DNA from: Spirochaetia bacterium
GTDB lineage: Bacteria > Spirochaetota > Spirochaetia > DSM-2461
Assembly (NCBI GenBank): GCA_963668315.1
Contig: OY764216.1
Span: 3,808,001-3,872,000 of the forward strand
Length of the DNA: 64,000 nucleotides
Direction of reading: 5' to 3'
The translations under genes were made by a program, and so were the position numbers. The notes below the pieces were generated by a model, which was not told the origin of the DNA, made no database searches, and worked only from the letters and a program-made list of their open reading frames with translations. Below, piece by piece: positions 20,605-29,523 of this stretch (position 1 is its first letter; each line of letters begins with the position of its first letter).

Positions 20605-22146
20605 ATGTCTCCAAAAAAAACAATTGATAGCTCCAATGCCTTCAAACACAACAAAAAGGGAACAAACAGCATAGCCGGAAAGCTTCCCTTGATCCTCATA
20701 CTTGTATTGGTTGTTGTCGCTTTTGTCATGGCGCCCCTTTTTACAGGAGTCGGGAATACGTCATCAAACAATCTCGTTTTCGGTACTTACGGCAATAAGA
20801 AAATCGAATACTCCCAGGGAAACTACTTCTATTCCCAGGTTAATCTTATGAATAACATGTATCGTGATCAGATATCCCAGAGCGAGGGTCTTTTCGACTT
20901 CTACCGCTACTATATCTGGTCTTCCGCTTATCAGCAGTCCGTCGCCTATGCGGCAAAGACATACGAACTGGATAAGTCAGGCTACACCCTTTCCGACAAG
21001 GGCCTCAGCAGGCTGATTGTCCAGAGCGGATACTACAACGATGACGACGGCAATTTTGATGAGACAGCCTATGCGGAGACATCCGTATCCCAGAGAGACG
21101 AGATCAAAAAATCCATTTTGAACTCCGCTTACCTGAACCGCTACAATTCCGACCGCCTCGGCGGACAGTATAAATCCCAGAAAGAGATCGACAGCCTTAT
21201 CAATACCAGTCCGGTTGAAAAGCAGTTCAGATACGTTCACTTCTCCTCCTCCCAGTATCCCGAATCGGAAATACTGGCCTACGGACAGAACCATAAGGAT
21301 CTATTCACATCCTACCCTGTTTCCCGGATCACCGTGGCGTCCAAATCGGACGGTGACAAAGCCATCAAGGAGATCGCCGCCGGGACAAAGACCTTCGCCG
21401 AAGCGGCATCGGCCTTCTCCACCGATATGTATTCCACTTCCGGCGGCGCCATGGGCGATGTCTACCGCTACAGCCTGATAGATGAACTGGGAGAGGAAAA
21501 GGCAGAAGCCGTGCTTTCCCTGGGTGTGGGTGAATATTCCGCCGAGCCGGTGGAAACCGATTACGGCTGGTACATCTACTCCATTACGGGCGATGCCAAG
21601 GATCCGAACTTCGGCGACGACGCTCTGATCTCTTCCATCAGAAGCTGGATGTCCTGGAATGAAGCAGGAGCCATCGATACCTGGGTGATGGGTGAAGCCG
21701 AGGCGTTCGCCTCCTCCGTTTCTACCTCCGACAGGGAAGATTTCATTCTGAAAGCCGCCGACAAGGGATATGAAGTGAAAACAACCGATTACTTCCCCCT
21801 CAACTGGGGTTCCTCCCCCATCGTGGGAACCGGCCTCAACAGCGCCCAGGACTCCATTATTCAGGGCGCCGCCCTTTCGGATGACTTTTTTACGGCGGCC
21901 TTTTCTCTGGAGAATGCAGGGGATGTTTCCTCTCCCGTCATTCTGGATAACGGCACTATCGTTCTTCAGCTTGTCGACTCCCGGGATTCGGAAAGCCTGA
22001 TTTCCGATTATACCTGCCAGAATTATCTGCAGCAGACCCACGAGCAGCTCTTCAGCTCCCTCATTATGGACTCTCCCCTTTATAAGGATGATTTCGCCAA
22101 TACATACTATAAAGTATTCCCCCCCGAATCGACCGAAGAGTCTTAA
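20605..22146 (+). CDS. Membrane-anchored PpiD/SurA-like periplasmic chaperone
   Basis: N-terminal TM, parvulin-like FAEAASAFSTD..GGAMG and PVETDYGW. Confidence 0.7.
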   Translation: MSPKKTIDSSNAFKHNKKGTNSIAGKLPLILILVLVVVAFVMAPLFTGVGNTSSNNLVFGTYGNKKIEYSQGNYFYSQVNLMNNMYRDQISQSEGLFDFYRYYIWSSAYQQSVAYAAKTYELDKSGYTLSDKGLSRLIVQSGYYNDDDGNFDETAYAETSVSQRDEIKKSILNSAYLNRYNSDRLGGQYKSQKEIDSLINTSPVEKQFRYVHFSSSQYPESEILAYGQNHKDLFTSYPVSRITVASKSDGDKAIKEIAAGTKTFAEAASAFSTDMYSTSGGAMGDVYRYSLIDELGEEKAEAVLSLGVGEYSAEPVETDYGWYIYSITGDAKDPNFGDDALISSIRSWMSWNEAGAIDTWVMGEAEAFASSVSTSDREDFILKAADKGYEVKTTDYFPLNWGSSPIVGTGLNSAQDSIIQGAALSDDFFTAAFSLENAGDVSSPVILDNGTIVLQLVDSRDSESLISDYTCQNYLQQTHEQLFSSLIMDSPLYKDDFANTYYKVFPPESTEES

Positions 22147-23765
22147 TGACTGAAACCGATGATAAGCCCTTACTCGTTGATACGGGTAAGGGTTTTTCTG
22201 TCAAATGGAGGAATCGATTTCTCTATTCCTCCCGCAACCCCCTGGAATCGGTTCTGAAAAGAGTCGAACTATGGAATCCCGAAGAGAACACCCTTTACCT
22301 TATTCCCTCTCCTCTGCTCGGTTACGGGCTCGCGAAGATGGCCGGAAAACTTCCTGCCGGATCTCTCGTACTGGGGGTTGAGCGCTTTCAGGAGCTCATG
22401 GCGCTGACCCAGAGCCATCTTCCCCAGGAGCTGCTTACCGGGGATTCATGCAGAATCATTAGAACGGAGGATCCCGCTGCCGCCGGTGAATACGTGGCCC
22501 GTCTGGACTATTCCCGTTTCCGCCGCTGCCGCCGCGTTGAGTTGACCGGAGGAAGCCGGCTTGCACCGGATTTTTATGATGATCTGGAAAAGGAGCTGAA
22601 CCGGAGGATTTTCACCTACTGGCAGACCAGAGCCAGCGTCGTCAGGATGGGGCCCCTCTGGTTCAGTAATATATTCCGCAATCTATCCTCCCTCCGGCAA
22701 AACAGAAAGGTATCCTCCCTTACCGTAAAGGGACCGATTGTCCTGTGCGGAGCCGGGGAGTCTCTGGAGGAGAGCCTGCCCCTTTTGTCGCTCATAAGGG
22801 ATAAAATCTTTCTCTGTGCCGTGGATACGGCCTATCCCGTTCTGACCGACCGGGGTATTTTCCCCGATGCCGTCTTTAACCTGGACGGCCAGTTTTACAA
22901 TTTCTATGATTTTTACCACCATAAGAATCAGCCCCTATACCTCATATCGGATATAACATCCTTTCCCGCGTCCCTGAGGCTTTCCGGGGTGATTCCCCTC
23001 TTCTTCTCCTCCCGGTTCGCCCCCAATGACTTGTTCCGCCGGATGGAAGCCGCCGGTCTTCTCCCCGATCCGATAGACCCCCTCGGATCCGTCGGCGTTA
23101 CGGCGCTCTCCCTCAGCACGATGCTGGGGACGGGTCCCTATTTCCTGACGGGACTGGACTTCTCCTACCGCCCGGGAAAAAGCCATTCCCGGGGGACGGT
23201 ATATCATCAGCTTTACCTTAACAGAATCAACCGGCTTCTGCCCGACGGCGGCATGACGGAACTTTCCCTCAGGCGTCCTCCCCGTACGGCCTGGGGACGG
23301 ATTTCGGGCCGAGCGCTCAGAAGCGATACGGTCCTTGAGGATTATTACCGTATGTTTCTTGATATTACCGCCCGATACAGGGACCGCTGCTTTCAGCTCT
23401 CCGGCGATTATCCAACCCTGGGAGTCCTTCCAGCCGATAAGGAAACCCTGGAGGGCCTTCTGAACGGAGAACCGTCCGGCCATGTTCTCGACAGTGAATC
23501 CCGTCCGGCCTGTTGGAATGATTTTTTCCGCAGAGAGGCTTCCCGGCTCCGGAGGATTATCAGCAGCTGGGAATTTTACGAAAAAGCCAACAGCCCGGAA
23601 GAGCTGGAAGAACTTCTGAGGGAGTGTGATTACCTGACACTAACCACCGGTATCGAAAAGGGATGCCGGAATGAAGTCTATTTTACCCAGGCGGTAAAAA
23701 ATGCCCGTCAGTACCTCTCCTATATAGACCATTTCCTTTCCGGCGAAGGAGATGACTCACAGTGA
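22146..23765 (+). CDS. DUF115 / MAF (motility accessory factor, MptE-like) protein
   Basis: LYSSRNP, VLCGAGESL, AVDTA, PDAVFNLD, GSV, LTGLDFSY. Confidence 0.75.
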   Translation: MTETDDKPLLVDTGKGFSVKWRNRFLYSSRNPLESVLKRVELWNPEENTLYLIPSPLLGYGLAKMAGKLPAGSLVLGVERFQELMALTQSHLPQELLTGDSCRIIRTEDPAAAGEYVARLDYSRFRRCRRVELTGGSRLAPDFYDDLEKELNRRIFTYWQTRASVVRMGPLWFSNIFRNLSSLRQNRKVSSLTVKGPIVLCGAGESLEESLPLLSLIRDKIFLCAVDTAYPVLTDRGIFPDAVFNLDGQFYNFYDFYHHKNQPLYLISDITSFPASLRLSGVIPLFFSSRFAPNDLFRRMEAAGLLPDPIDPLGSVGVTALSLSTMLGTGPYFLTGLDFSYRPGKSHSRGTVYHQLYLNRINRLLPDGGMTELSLRRPPRTAWGRISGRALRSDTVLEDYYRMFLDITARYRDRCFQLSGDYPTLGVLPADKETLEGLLNGEPSGHVLDSESRPACWNDFFRREASRLRRIISSWEFYEKANSPEELEELLRECDYLTLTTGIEKGCRNEVYFTQAVKNARQYLSYIDHFLSGEGDDSQ

Positions 23766-24619
23766 AGATCTGTATTGCCCCTCCCTGGAATGAGTATGAA
23801 ATACTTGATTCCGGACGGGGAAGAAAGCTCGAACGTTTCGGCAGTGTGATCCTGATACGCCCGGAGATCAACGCCGTCTGGCAGCCCGCCCTCTCCTCCG
23901 AAGAGTGGGAGAACCTTGCCGGCGGAGAGTTCATTGAAGAGCAGCCGGGTAAGGGGCACTGGCTGAATTTCCGGAATCTGCCCGAGGAGTGGCGGCTCAG
24001 CTATGATTTCGGTCCAAGGAAGATGTTTTTTCTCCTGAGACTGACTGACTTCAAACATGTGGGAGTTTTTCCCGAACAGACGAAAAACTGGCAGTATCTC
24101 TTCAGCCGCCTTTCCGAGGGAAAAAGCCTTCTCAATCTGTTTGCCCATACGGGGGGTGCGTCCATGGCCGCCAGCCTGGCCGGAGCAAAAGTGACCCATG
24201 TCGATTCGGTCTACACCATGGTCGGCTGGGCCAAGAAAAATGCCGAAGCCGCCGGGATCAATGGTATCCGATGGATATGCGAAGACAGCGTGACCTTCGT
24301 GGAGAAAGAGATCAAACGGAAAAGCTCCTACCATACCATCATCATGGATCCCCCCACTTACGGCTTCAGCAAAAAAGGGCGGCAGTGGAAAATCGAAAGA
24401 GACTTGAAGCCCCTTCTGGAGAACTCTTTTCTTCTGCTGGAAGAGGGAGGGGAAATAATCCTGAACTGCTATTCCCGCCGTATGGAGGAAGAGAGACTGC
24501 TCCCCCTCCTCAGGAAATCCTTCTCCGCCCAGCCGGTGGAAACCGAAAGGCTGGTGCTTCAGGACAATCAGGGGAGACAGATCGATTGCGGCTATCTCGT
24601 GCGAATCCGCCGTCTGTAG
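23762..24619 (+). CDS. Class I SAM-dependent methyltransferase (RlmI/RlmK-like)
   Basis: YEILDSGRGRKLERFG, HVGVFPEQ, LNLFAHTGG, IMDPPTYG. Confidence 0.88.
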   Translation: MKICIAPPWNEYEILDSGRGRKLERFGSVILIRPEINAVWQPALSSEEWENLAGGEFIEEQPGKGHWLNFRNLPEEWRLSYDFGPRKMFFLLRLTDFKHVGVFPEQTKNWQYLFSRLSEGKSLLNLFAHTGGASMAASLAGAKVTHVDSVYTMVGWAKKNAEAAGINGIRWICEDSVTFVEKEIKRKSSYHTIIMDPPTYGFSKKGRQWKIERDLKPLLENSFLLLEEGGEIILNCYSRRMEEERLLPLLRKSFSAQPVETERLVLQDNQGRQIDCGYLVRIRRL

Positions 24620-25086
24620 TGCTGAAAGGTCAAATCTCCGGAGCTTCGGGAGGAGACCATGTCCCATTTGTCCCATTCCAGGGGAGGAAAATAACGGTCG
24701 CACTCAAAGGATTTTCCGATACGCGTTACAATCAGTGTATCCGCTGCGGGAAGGAAGTGGCGATAGACCTCCTCTCCGCCGATAACAAATAGCTTCTGCC
24801 ATTTTTTTTCTTCTCCCAGGGACAGGACCTCGGGAAGAGAGGCCAGCCGCCTTACATTGTCCCTTTCGGAGTATAGGGACAGTTCCCTGTGGCTGAGAAC
24901 AAGATTCATCCGCCCGGGAAGAGGTCCGGAAGGAAGGGAGTCAAAGGTTTTTCTCCCCATGAGCACGGGATACCCCAGGGTCGTACTTTTAAAATGGGAA
25001 AGGTCCTCGGGATAATGCCAGGGGAGACGTCCCTTGTACCCGATTCCCCCCTTGCTGTCCATAGCCCAGATGAGAATTATTTCCAT
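24592..25086 (-). CDS. folA: Dihydrofolate reductase
   Basis: IGYKGRLPWHYPEDLSHFK, MGRKTFDSL, PLPGR, IGGEEVY, DRYFP. Confidence 0.95.
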   Translation of the reverse strand: MEIILIWAMDSKGGIGYKGRLPWHYPEDLSHFKSTTLGYPVLMGRKTFDSLPSGPLPGRMNLVLSHRELSLYSERDNVRRLASLPEVLSLGEEKKWQKLFVIGGEEVYRHFLPAADTLIVTRIGKSFECDRYFPPLEWDKWDMVSSRSSGDLTFQHYRRRIRTR

Positions 25087-25181
25087 GGCCCATTATATCC
25101 GCTTCGGACCGGAGGGATCAATATTCCCTTGCTTTTTCTGATCTCCCGTGGTATATTTGCATGCAATAATATATAACAGGA

Positions 25182-26558
25182 GTGACCATGTCCGAGTTCG
25201 CCCGTTTCAATTTAAAGACTAAGGAAGATCTGATTAGCGAATTGAATCGCTTAAATCTGGAATTACCCTTAAGCGATAACCTTTCCGTTCTGGGAGAAAA
25301 AGTCCCCATGGGCTCTTTCACCCTTCCCAACCGTTTTGTCGCCCAGCCCATGGAAGGTATCGACGGAGATGAATCAACCTACGCTCCCAGCGAACTGACC
25401 TTCAGAAGATACAGAAGATTCGCCGAAGGCGGAGCGGGACTTATCTGGTTCGAAGCCGCCGTTGTGGAACCGGAGGGAAGAAGCAATCCCCGCCAGCTGA
25501 TAATGACGGAAAAAAACCTGGATATCTGGAAACGGCTCGTGGAGGAAACGCGGGAAGCGGCCAGAAAAAAATGGGGCCATGAGATTGTCACGGTTCTCCA
25601 GATTGCCCACTCGGGCCGCTGGAGCAAGCCCCAGGGCTCTCCCGCCCCTGTAGTGATCCATCATAACCCCAGGCTGGACAAGGCCGTGGGAATTGACGAA
25701 TCCTTCCCTCTGGTCACCGATGACGAACTGGACAGACTGCGTGATCTTTTCATCGAAAAGGGTGAACTGGCAGCGAAAGCCGGTTTCGACGGCGTGGAGA
25801 TGAAAGCCGTTCACGGCTATTTCACCGGGGAAATGCTCTGCGCCCATACCAGGGCCGGGCGCTACGGCGGCAGCTATGAAAACAGAACCCGCTTTGTCAG
25901 GGAGTGTACGGGAGGCCTGAAGCAGCGTCTTTCCGGTTCCCAGTTTGTAACCGCACGGCTCACCATGCAGGAACCGTCGCCCTACCCCTTCGGATGGGGA
26001 GTCAAAGCCGAGGAAGGTTCACTGGAGATGGATCTGACCGAACCTCTCCGTTTTGCCGGGGAATTGGTCGCTCTCGGTGATATGCCCGTGTTCAACTACT
26101 CCCTCGGTTACCCCCGTTTCGCCCCTTATATGAACAGACCCTTCGACAATCCCGTTGCCGGAGCTCCCCGGCCACCGGAGCATCCCCTGGAAGGGATCGT
26201 CCGTTTCCAGGCCGTGGGAAGGGAACTGCAGAAAACTCTCGGAGATACTCCCCTGGCCACCGCGGCTCTGGGCTGGCTCCGCCATCTTTCACCCTATGTC
26301 ATGGCCGGACTCGTGGAGAACGGCTGGATGAAACTGATAGGCCAGGGACGGCAGATGTTCGCCTATCCCCAGTCGGTTTCGGATATACTCAAAGAGGGCG
26401 GGATGGATCCGAAGAAGTGCTGTCTCACCTGTTCTCTCTGTTCCCAGATTATGAAGGATGTCCAGGGCCGGAACGGCTGTCCCGTCAGGGACGGAGAGAT
26501 CTACCGTCCGGAGCTGAAAAAAGGGCGGGATGCCGCCAAAGCCAAGGGACTCCCCTGA
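25182..26558 (+). CDS. NADH:flavin oxidoreductase (Old Yellow Enzyme family) with C-terminal Cys cluster
   Basis: NRFVAQPME, GGAGLIWFEA, QIAHSGR, AGFDGVEMKAVHGY, YGGSYENRTRF; CLTCSLC...C. Confidence 0.88.
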   Translation: MTMSEFARFNLKTKEDLISELNRLNLELPLSDNLSVLGEKVPMGSFTLPNRFVAQPMEGIDGDESTYAPSELTFRRYRRFAEGGAGLIWFEAAVVEPEGRSNPRQLIMTEKNLDIWKRLVEETREAARKKWGHEIVTVLQIAHSGRWSKPQGSPAPVVIHHNPRLDKAVGIDESFPLVTDDELDRLRDLFIEKGELAAKAGFDGVEMKAVHGYFTGEMLCAHTRAGRYGGSYENRTRFVRECTGGLKQRLSGSQFVTARLTMQEPSPYPFGWGVKAEEGSLEMDLTEPLRFAGELVALGDMPVFNYSLGYPRFAPYMNRPFDNPVAGAPRPPEHPLEGIVRFQAVGRELQKTLGDTPLATAALGWLRHLSPYVMAGLVENGWMKLIGQGRQMFAYPQSVSDILKEGGMDPKKCCLTCSLCSQIMKDVQGRNGCPVRDGEIYRPELKKGRDAAKAKGLP

Positions 26559-27547
26559 TGAAGAAACGCGTAACCCTCTATGATATCGCCTCGGAACTGA
26601 ATATCTCGGCCAGTACGGTATCCCGCGTATTAAACGGTTCGGCCCTGATAAGCGATGATACCAGCCGGCTCATTCGGGAGACGGCTGACAGATTGGGTTA
26701 TGTGCAGCGCACGGTGAAAAAGCAGAAGAACCGGGCCATCCTCGACCTCCACCTGTTTCTGCCCCCTTCCCAGGAGTCCTTTGTCCACCTGTTCTATGAT
26801 GTGGCTCAGCTTCTGGAAGGGATTAAGGAGGGCTTCGGTGAGGTTTCCATCAATATCACCACCCGTGTGAACGACGGGGACATCTCGTTTCTGAATAAAA
26901 AGAAAACCGGCACTATCGACGGCTGTCTTTTTGCTTTTACCACCGTCGGCAGGAAGCTGAAAAACGAACTGGAGACCCGCGGGATTCCCTATGTTCATCT
27001 GAACAGAAAGACCGGTGATTCCTATATCTATTACGATAACGGGAAGGCCATGGAGAAACTTGTAAACTCCCTCCACCGGAAACACGGGGATAAACTGCGC
27101 CCCTGTTACCTGGGTTTTACCCCCCTTTCCTCCGTGGATGATGAGCGCTGGACCGGCGTCAAAAAAGCCTGCCGCGAAAGAGGGATTCCTCTGGATGACA
27201 AGGACAGAATCAGCCTGGAAAGCATAGACACTCTGAATAGCCATATGGATGAGCTTCTCTCCCGCGGGTATAACAGTGTCATTGCGTTCAACGACATGAT
27301 AGCCCTGGCTTTTCTGCACAGGGCGCAGAATAGAGGGTGTTCTATTCCCGATGGGATATCCCTGACCGGTGTTGACAACTCACCGGTCCAGCTTATCATG
27401 ACGTCAAAAATCGATACGATTGAATTTTCCGTATCCCTTCTGGGAAAAGAGGCGGGAAAATGGCTTTATGAGCGGATTATAGAAAAGAACGAAAGCCCCT
27501 GCCAGATCGTCCTTGAAGGCGAATATATTAAAGGAGATACCCTATGA
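26558..27547 (+). CDS. LacI family transcriptional regulator (start ATG 26558, coupled to upstream stop)
   Basis: TLYDIASELNISASTVSRVLN HTH; FNDMIA, SIPDGISLTGVDN. Confidence 0.92.
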   Translation: MKKRVTLYDIASELNISASTVSRVLNGSALISDDTSRLIRETADRLGYVQRTVKKQKNRAILDLHLFLPPSQESFVHLFYDVAQLLEGIKEGFGEVSINITTRVNDGDISFLNKKKTGTIDGCLFAFTTVGRKLKNELETRGIPYVHLNRKTGDSYIYYDNGKAMEKLVNSLHRKHGDKLRPCYLGFTPLSSVDDERWTGVKKACRERGIPLDDKDRISLESIDTLNSHMDELLSRGYNSVIAFNDMIALAFLHRAQNRGCSIPDGISLTGVDNSPVQLIMTSKIDTIEFSVSLLGKEAGKWLYERIIEKNESPCQIVLEGEYIKGDTL

Positions 27548-29508
27548 GTTCCCCCTATTTCCATACCATCATACTGGGAAGCGGCGCCGCTTCTCTCTGC
27601 GCGGCGGTCCGTCTGAAACGATCCGGTATCGACGATATTCTTATCGTGACCGATAATATGAAGGGCGGCACCTCGCGCAATACGGGATCGGATAAACAGA
27701 CCTATTACAAGCTTTCCGATTCCACCATCAATCCCGATTCACCCTACTCCATGGCCGAAGCCCTGTCGGGCGGCGGAGCCATGCACGGGGATATCGCCCT
27801 CGCCGAAGCACTCGGTTCGGAGAGCGGATTCTACCACCTTACCGCCCTGGGCGTCCCCTTCCCTTTTAACCGTTGGGGAGGATATACGGGGTATAAGACC
27901 GATCACGATCCTCTGAACCGCGGCACATCCCTGGGCCCCTACACTTCACGGATGATGGTGGAATACCTGGAAAAAGAGGTGGAACGACTCGCCATTCCCG
28001 TCTGGGACAGACAGGACGGGGTAAAACTTGTCACCCTGAAGGATGACAGCGGCCGGGAAAGAATCGCCGGCCTGGTCCTTCTCGACAGAAATGAACTTTC
28101 CCGCGGTTCCGATGCCCTCAGGACGGTCTGCTGTGATAACCTTATCTTCGGAGTCGGGGGACCGGGAGGTCTTTACAAATCGTCCGTTTATCCTCCCGTC
28201 CATGTAGGAGCCATCGGCCTGGCCCTGGAAATCGGAGCCGAAGCGGTGAATCTTACCGAATCGCAATTCGGCATCGGGTCCGTGAAGTTCCGCTGGAACC
28301 TTTCGGGCAGCTATCAGCAGGTACTCCCCCGCTATTACAGCCGTGATCGGGAAACCGGGGAAACCTTTGATTTCCTCGGAGACTTTTTCTCCTCCCCCGA
28401 AAAAATGACCCATGCGATCTTTCTCAAGGGTTATCAATGGCCATTTGATCCGGCGAAAGTCAGCAATGAAGGTTCCTCTCTGATTGATATACTTGTCTAC
28501 AGGGAGATGGAGATCCTCGGCCGTGACGTCTACATGGATTTCCTTTCCAATCCGTGGAAGGAGGGCGCCTTTGATACGACGTCCCTGAACCGTGAAGTGA
28601 GGGATTACTGGGAAAAATCCGGCCTTACCGGAGCCACACCCCTGGACCGGCTGCGGCAACTCAATCCCGGGGCCATATCCCTGTATCTCGATCATAATAT
28701 CGACCTCTCCCGGGAGTCCCTGCAAATCGGCGTATGCGCCCAGCATAACAACGGGGGTCTGGCCGGCGATATATGGTGGGAATCCACCAATATTGCCCAT
28801 CTCTTTCCCATCGGGGAAGTGAACGGAACCCATGGCGTATACAGACCGGGCGGGACGGCTCTGAACTCCGGCCAGGTGGGCGCGTTCAGAGCCAGCCAGA
28901 AGATCGCCCGGGCCTATGAGAGATCCACTCTGGATATCCGCCGGGCAGAAGACGCCTGCCGGGACGCCAGGGAAGAACTGGGCCGACTTATAGATAACCT
29001 GCCGGCCGCGGATAAGGGAGAAGCCGCCGATCCCCAGGTACTTTACCGGGAAGAGATGCAGAAGAGAATGAGCCTGAATGCGGCTTTCGTCAGGGAATCC
29101 GCTGCTGTTGAGAAAGCCTGCGGGGAAGCGGAACAGCAGCGGGAAAGATTTCAACGCACCGGCCTCGCGGGGTATGACCGTCTCCCCTACGCTCTGAGGA
29201 ACCGTCACATGGCACTGGCCCAATGTTTCTATCTGGAAGCCGTCCGCGACTACCTGGAAAAGGGAGGGGGCAGCCGGGGCTCCTACATCGTCAAGAATGC
29301 AGACGGCGAGGAGCTAAACGAAAAACTGGGCAAGGAGTGGCGCAGCCAGGAAGAAGCTGCGGTTCTGAGAAAAAAGATGCAGTACCTGAAACGGTCAGCA
29401 AACGGGGATATTGAAAACCGTTGGGAGTCATGCCGCCCCATACCCCGGGAGGAATCCTGGTTCGAGACGGTCTGGGCCGCCTATCTGAAGGGAGAAACCT
29501 TCAGATAG
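27544..29508 (+). CDS. FAD-dependent oxidoreductase, SdhA/FrdA/NadB superfamily (orphan flavoprotein)
   Basis: ILGSGAA FAD motif, QHNNGG, GEVNGTHGVYRPGG, SRGS. Confidence 0.8.
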   Translation: MSSPYFHTIILGSGAASLCAAVRLKRSGIDDILIVTDNMKGGTSRNTGSDKQTYYKLSDSTINPDSPYSMAEALSGGGAMHGDIALAEALGSESGFYHLTALGVPFPFNRWGGYTGYKTDHDPLNRGTSLGPYTSRMMVEYLEKEVERLAIPVWDRQDGVKLVTLKDDSGRERIAGLVLLDRNELSRGSDALRTVCCDNLIFGVGGPGGLYKSSVYPPVHVGAIGLALEIGAEAVNLTESQFGIGSVKFRWNLSGSYQQVLPRYYSRDRETGETFDFLGDFFSSPEKMTHAIFLKGYQWPFDPAKVSNEGSSLIDILVYREMEILGRDVYMDFLSNPWKEGAFDTTSLNREVRDYWEKSGLTGATPLDRLRQLNPGAISLYLDHNIDLSRESLQIGVCAQHNNGGLAGDIWWESTNIAHLFPIGEVNGTHGVYRPGGTALNSGQVGAFRASQKIARAYERSTLDIRRAEDACRDAREELGRLIDNLPAADKGEAADPQVLYREEMQKRMSLNAAFVRESAAVEKACGEAEQQRERFQRTGLAGYDRLPYALRNRHMALAQCFYLEAVRDYLEKGGGSRGSYIVKNADGEELNEKLGKEWRSQEEAAVLRKKMQYLKRSANGDIENRWESCRPIPREESWFETVWAAYLKGETFR

Positions 29509-29523
29509 GTTCCATGGGCAGCC

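Noticed and set aside
27946..29223. 425-aa minus-strand ORF
   Set aside because: Antisense to the flavoprotein; codon-bias artefact
27544..29508. Calling this gene sdhA/frdA or a second nadB
   Set aside because: Lacks the covalent-FAD His segment and partner subunits; a canonical nadB is present at 40329-41900
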